From: Leucoraja erinacea | Lineage: Eukaryota | Assembly: GCF_028641065.1 (NCBI RefSeq) | Contig: NC_073395.1 | Coordinates: forward strand, 34,038,001 to 34,102,000 | DNA length: 64,000 nucleotides | Reading direction: 5' to 3' | Shown here: in pieces, positions 59,743 to 64,000 of the stretch | How the letters are laid out: every line of letters begins with the position of its first letter | Position numbering within the stretch: the first letter of the stretch is position 1 | Notes under the pieces: generated by a model | Database searches by the model: none | Seen by the model: the letters and a program-made list of their open reading frames with translations, nothing else | What the model was told of the DNA's origin: nothing | Position numbers and translations under genes: made by a program

Positions 59743-62009
59743 TTATGGTTTAAAACCAGTGATAGGACTTTTAATGCATGTACCAGTCAATGTAATAACG
59801 GGTTACAGAGATATGCCAGATAAGTATTCTCATGTTAATTTGTGGCAACCAGTTTTTTTTAATTAAAAAAATATTTTGTGGAATGTAAGTACTGTTTTTA
59901 AATTTTACATGAATGGCAGTAAATAGTTTTCTATGATATATAAATTCAATTGTACAACATTCAATTGTACAACAATAGTGATTTTGTCTCACATGGTTTT
60001 ATTTCATCTTGCATATCTCATACAAATTAGCAGTGAAGATTCCCAAAACCTTAGACGATAAATATCATGCTACCAAAGTAGGAAATTTGTACAAAAATAC
60101 TTTACAGTTTATAATACTTGTTTGTTACAAATAAAAATACATTGTCCAAAGGACATGAATCAAATCTCATATCTAGGTTGTAGCTGTCTGTATTCGTGTT
60201 GCTGGCAGTGGTTTTCTTTTCAAATATGCATCATGGATTTAGGCTGGGAAATGTAACATTACAAGTGTGGTAGTTGTACAGTTAATGGCTCAAAGGAGGG
60301 TGGAGATATTTCCTTGATTTTCAAATAAGAGAGTAGGTTTTAACATTCATCGAGGCAGAATATGACCAGAAGCAGATATAGTATAAATAAACAGATATAT
60401 AAAGTAAAACTCCATTAATCTGACATACTCAGGGATATTGAATGGCCCTGATCTAGCAAATTTTACAGATTAGATATTAATTTGTTTACTCTAACGTGTC
60501 AGTATGGAGAAGGGTTACAAGCTGAAACGGAATCCATGTTCTCTAGAGATGCTCCCTGACCCGCTCAGTTACTCCAGCACTTTGTCTTAGGTTTCAAACC
60601 AGCACCTGCAGTTCCTTTGTTTTTAAAGATGTTACACAATATCATCTCAGTGAGCCTGGAATGTTTTAAAAGGAGTGTGGTAAACAGAACTTGGGTGAAC
60701 TTAAAGGGATTACAGAAACCAAGGCCCTAGTGAGTCCACAAGGAATGAGACAAACATCACCTTGTTAGATAGTTGCCAAACAAATGAATTTTCCGAAAGG
60801 CTGTGTAGCAAGTGGATTATTGGAGCTTTACTGAATACACTAATATCTTTTTTTCTGTTAGTCACTCCACTATCGTCAGAATGTTAGAATCTACCACCCC
60901 TATGTTTCAATCCATTATTAGGAGTGAGGCACAAGCAACAATAATACTAAGATATTTAACCAGCCTTAAGTTCATACACATCAAAGTAAAATTCAAATTT
61001 CAGTTATACTGATTTATAAAGTCAATCATTTACAAATACAAATGCGTTCCTTAACTAGTTACCAAACCCAATAATGGGCTATAAAATGTGAAGACGGAAT
61101 ACACAAAGGAGCAGGTTCAGGATGACGTGTGTAAATGGAATGGGATTTAAGACTAAGGAATCCACATGGCAGATACATCTCATCAGTTACAATCTCTATG
61201 GCAATATCAGAATCTTCATGGCAAAAGGTGAGGTTGTAAATTCCCAGCACAGAGAACACCTGTGGTGTTTGGATTCGGGTGGTATTTTACTTTAACATTG
61301 AAGAATTATTTAGCAGATCAGTAGTTTTGATAATAGAAGTATAACTAAGATTTAGTCCCTAATATCCTGTGCTACAGAAGAGGGTCCCTCTGATTATGTC
61401 AGATCACTGTCGTAAGGAAATGCTATAAATAAAGGCCAAGAATTGCTTCAAAGCTCTCCTACAGAATACCATCTTAAAGGCTAATAGCAATAGGAACATA
61501 ACTTTGGCCAGAAACTAGTTCAAGACTAGCTTAATAGTAATTGTGCAGTTTTTTAATTTTCATTCAAACATTTTTAAACTTACTCTGGATAAAGACTATG
61601 CTGCACTAGATTTTACCGTTGTTTCTGTATATGATTTTTAAATGGTCAATCTGTGTTTTTAAACATGCTAATTTTTTTATTGCCCAGGAACCAGCTGGCA
61701 GCATCGTAGTTTATCATTTAAAAAATTAGAATTTGGACAGTAAGCACCATGGGTAGGTTAAAACACTCTTGGCAATGAGTTTTTGTTTCATGGCTGTGCC
61801 CTGCATAGACTGTCAAACCTGTTAACCTTTTGTCATTTGCAATGTGAGAAGGGAACAAGTTTCCATTCATTCATGAAATGTGTGCACTTGGTATCTGTGA
61901 AAAATGCGAATAGTTGATAAGGAGGGTTTTCCCACGAATGAACATTGTTCAAAATGAGTTAGCACCATTGGGGAACAAAACGTCTGTCCATTGGATTGAA
62001 TAGCTGGCA

Positions 62010-62249
62010 CTACAACGTGTTGGTATTTTCTTGGATCTCTGTACTACCAAGCCTTCCTTTCTGTTGCCTATAAGTATGAGCTTCATTCTGCTCATTCCAT
62101 TCTTCTGGTTGTGACGTCTGATCTTCAGAGAGCACCTCCTGGAAGGCTAATGGGTTTCTGCTGATGACCAATTCGAGTTTATTGCCAGAATCTGCAATTA
62201 GTGGCACTACCAGGCAGCAGTCAAAATCTCTGGTACGAATATGATTTAC
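62010..62249 (-). CDS. GRIP1: GRIP1 last coding exon (end of PDZ7)
   Basis: [35 protein letters not shown]...NTL*. Confidence 0.95.
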   Translation of the reverse strand, partial: VNHIRTRDFDCCLVVPLIADSGNKLELVISRNPLAFQEVLSEDQTSQPEEWNEQNEAHTYRQQKGRLGSTEIQENTNTL

Positions 62250-62370
62250 CTGTCACAAGGAAACAAAATAGCCATCAATCCGATTGGAGTCTACTTCCAG
62301 GAAGTATGCTACTGGGTTTGTAGTGATCTTTGATGCAAGAATAAATATACAAGTGTTGATCTCTCTGTAC

Positions 62371-62517
62371 CTGTAATAACCTGTCATAGGGCTGAACACC
62401 ACCAAGGGCAGCTGGTCCATTTGACCGAATGTTGTTGACATACACACCTTTCTCCAGCAGGCCATCTGAAACACTGAATCCAAAATCCTGAATGTCTGAA
62501 TCTTTATATAGTGTTAC
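62371..62517 (-). CDS. GRIP1: GRIP1 penultimate exon (PDZ7)
   Basis: [31 protein letters not shown]...PYDRLLQ; 147 bp, AG/GT. Confidence 0.96.
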
Positions 62518-62899
62518 CTGTGAAATTATGGAGATATTTATTAAAAACATTCGAAGTTGGTCCACCATCACTGTCCTCAAGCAGACAACTGCAGTACCTA
62601 GTGCATTGTTACCATATGCCACATGTGTAATGGAAAAATCCAACAACATGTAATTTTACTCTTTTTGGGCCATATCTGATAATCACACATTCGCGATTAA
62701 AAATAAATTACAACACCATTGTAAAGCTTGTGGACTGTAAGCTGGAGGACAAAAAACCACAGAATTTTGCTAATCTAATCACTTCCTGAAATTCATCAAA
62801 GGGAAAATTACATTTGCAACAAATCCAGTTTCTATCCTAAAACAAATCAGAATTGGGAAGGAAACATGACCAGAATAAATATTTTATGGAATCTGAAAC

Positions 62900-63136
62900 C
62901 TTGTGCAACTCCACTGGTGTTGGTGACATAATCTCTTTCATTTCCTGCTTGATCTTCCTAATAGCAAATGACTTTGATCTCACGCCATCTGACGGTAAAG
63001 TATTACTACGGGCAGCTTGGGTGTAATGTGCCCTGACAGCATTCTTCTCTTGGAAGCTTGATTGCCTTCCCAGTGGCCTATGTGCCGGGCTGCTTTCATC
63101 ATTCAGACACAAGGTGCTTCCCGACATGATTGTTGC
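62900..63136 (-). CDS. GRIP1: GRIP1 third-from-last exon
   Basis: ATIMSGST...LGRQSSFQE...RSNTLPSD...[17 protein letters not shown]; phase 0-0. Confidence 0.95.
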
Positions 63137-63856
63137 CTGTTGGATGAGATAACAAAAGCTGTAAAATGTTGTGCTCCAGAAAATAGTGGAAAGGCAATTC
63201 TGTTAGTGAAGATGGATAAGACTCGCAAACACTAAAATGTTAGTAGTTGACAACTAATGTTTGCCATTAAAATTAGTTAAATAATACACATGTAGATTTG
63301 TTAGTATGGTTTAACTCAGATTGTATTTCCTGTTAAATATCAAACAGCTAATTGTCTGGTTTTAACAGGAAGTCTTTAATGTATCAGACTGTTAGATCTT
63401 GAATTATTGCTTCACACCAACTCTAAAATTAAAAAAATACCAATATAGCCAAGTTTTGCAAATTCAGATCCGTTTGGTTGGCGGCCTTCATTAACGAGGA
63501 GCTAGGTTCCTGTAATTATTAAGACCAAATGATGCAGGTGAAAGATCAACAGCTGTGTGTGAAATTGTTCTTTTACAACTTTGAAAACCTCTGCTGCAAA
63601 GAGTGAAAACTTCCTACCTCCAATTCCCTCAGGATTCCTGATTGACCACAGGTTTCCAAATCTTCCAAGGCTTGAGACCAAAAATTTTCTTCATGATCTG
63701 TTTCTAGTGCATCGTGTCCACCTGCATAACTGATTTTTTTTTTCAAAAAGGGTATAATTTTAAAGTGTGAATACCTACTATCCCCAAAGCTTTATCAATA
63801 GAAATGGCATTCACCTTTGCCTTAACTATTATAAGTACTGGTTTTGATCTCTGGAC

Positions 63857-64000
63857 TGTTTCAAAACAGTTGGCAAGAATGATCTATAAATAAATTGATC
63901 AACCCAGGTAGTTTAGAGCAACACCATAAAAATACATACCCAACTTTCAGAAATGATTACTAAAATGAGGTACACATTAGTTATGCATAACTATTCAAAG
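63857..64000. repeat. Direct repeat, copy B of 1-144
   Basis: 138/144 identity to the window start. Confidence 0.95.

Noticed and set aside
1-64000. CRISPR arrays, tRNA or rRNA genes
   Set aside because: No regularly spaced repeat-spacer array or recognisable structural RNA gene was seen; the sequence is eukaryotic.

Overview
Vertebrate genomic DNA, very probably a cartilaginous fish such as a skate or ray (inferred from the repeat content, not proven). It carries the TMBIM4-HELB-GRIP1 locus. A 13-exon DNA helicase B gene (HELB, + strand, 5984-59518, about 1025 aa if repaired) has a +1 frameshift in exon 10. It lies head-to-head with a broken 5' fragment of TMBIM4 (- strand, exons 1-3) and tail-to-tail with the last three exons of GRIP1 (- strand). 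The first 144 bp of the window recur at 138/144 identity as the last 144 bp. This suggests the window is roughly one unit of a ~63.9 kb tandem segmental duplication that places TMBIM4 5' exons next to GRIP1 3' exons. The introns are full of mobile DNA: a structurally complete but decayed DIRS1-type element, Penelope-like elements plus about a dozen hammerhead-ribozyme-like derivatives, CR1, L1, L2 and Rex/Babar LINE pieces, a deleted Gypsy-like LTR element, a non-autonomous Helitron and Harbinger-like MITEs. All calls were made by eye; no database searches were run.
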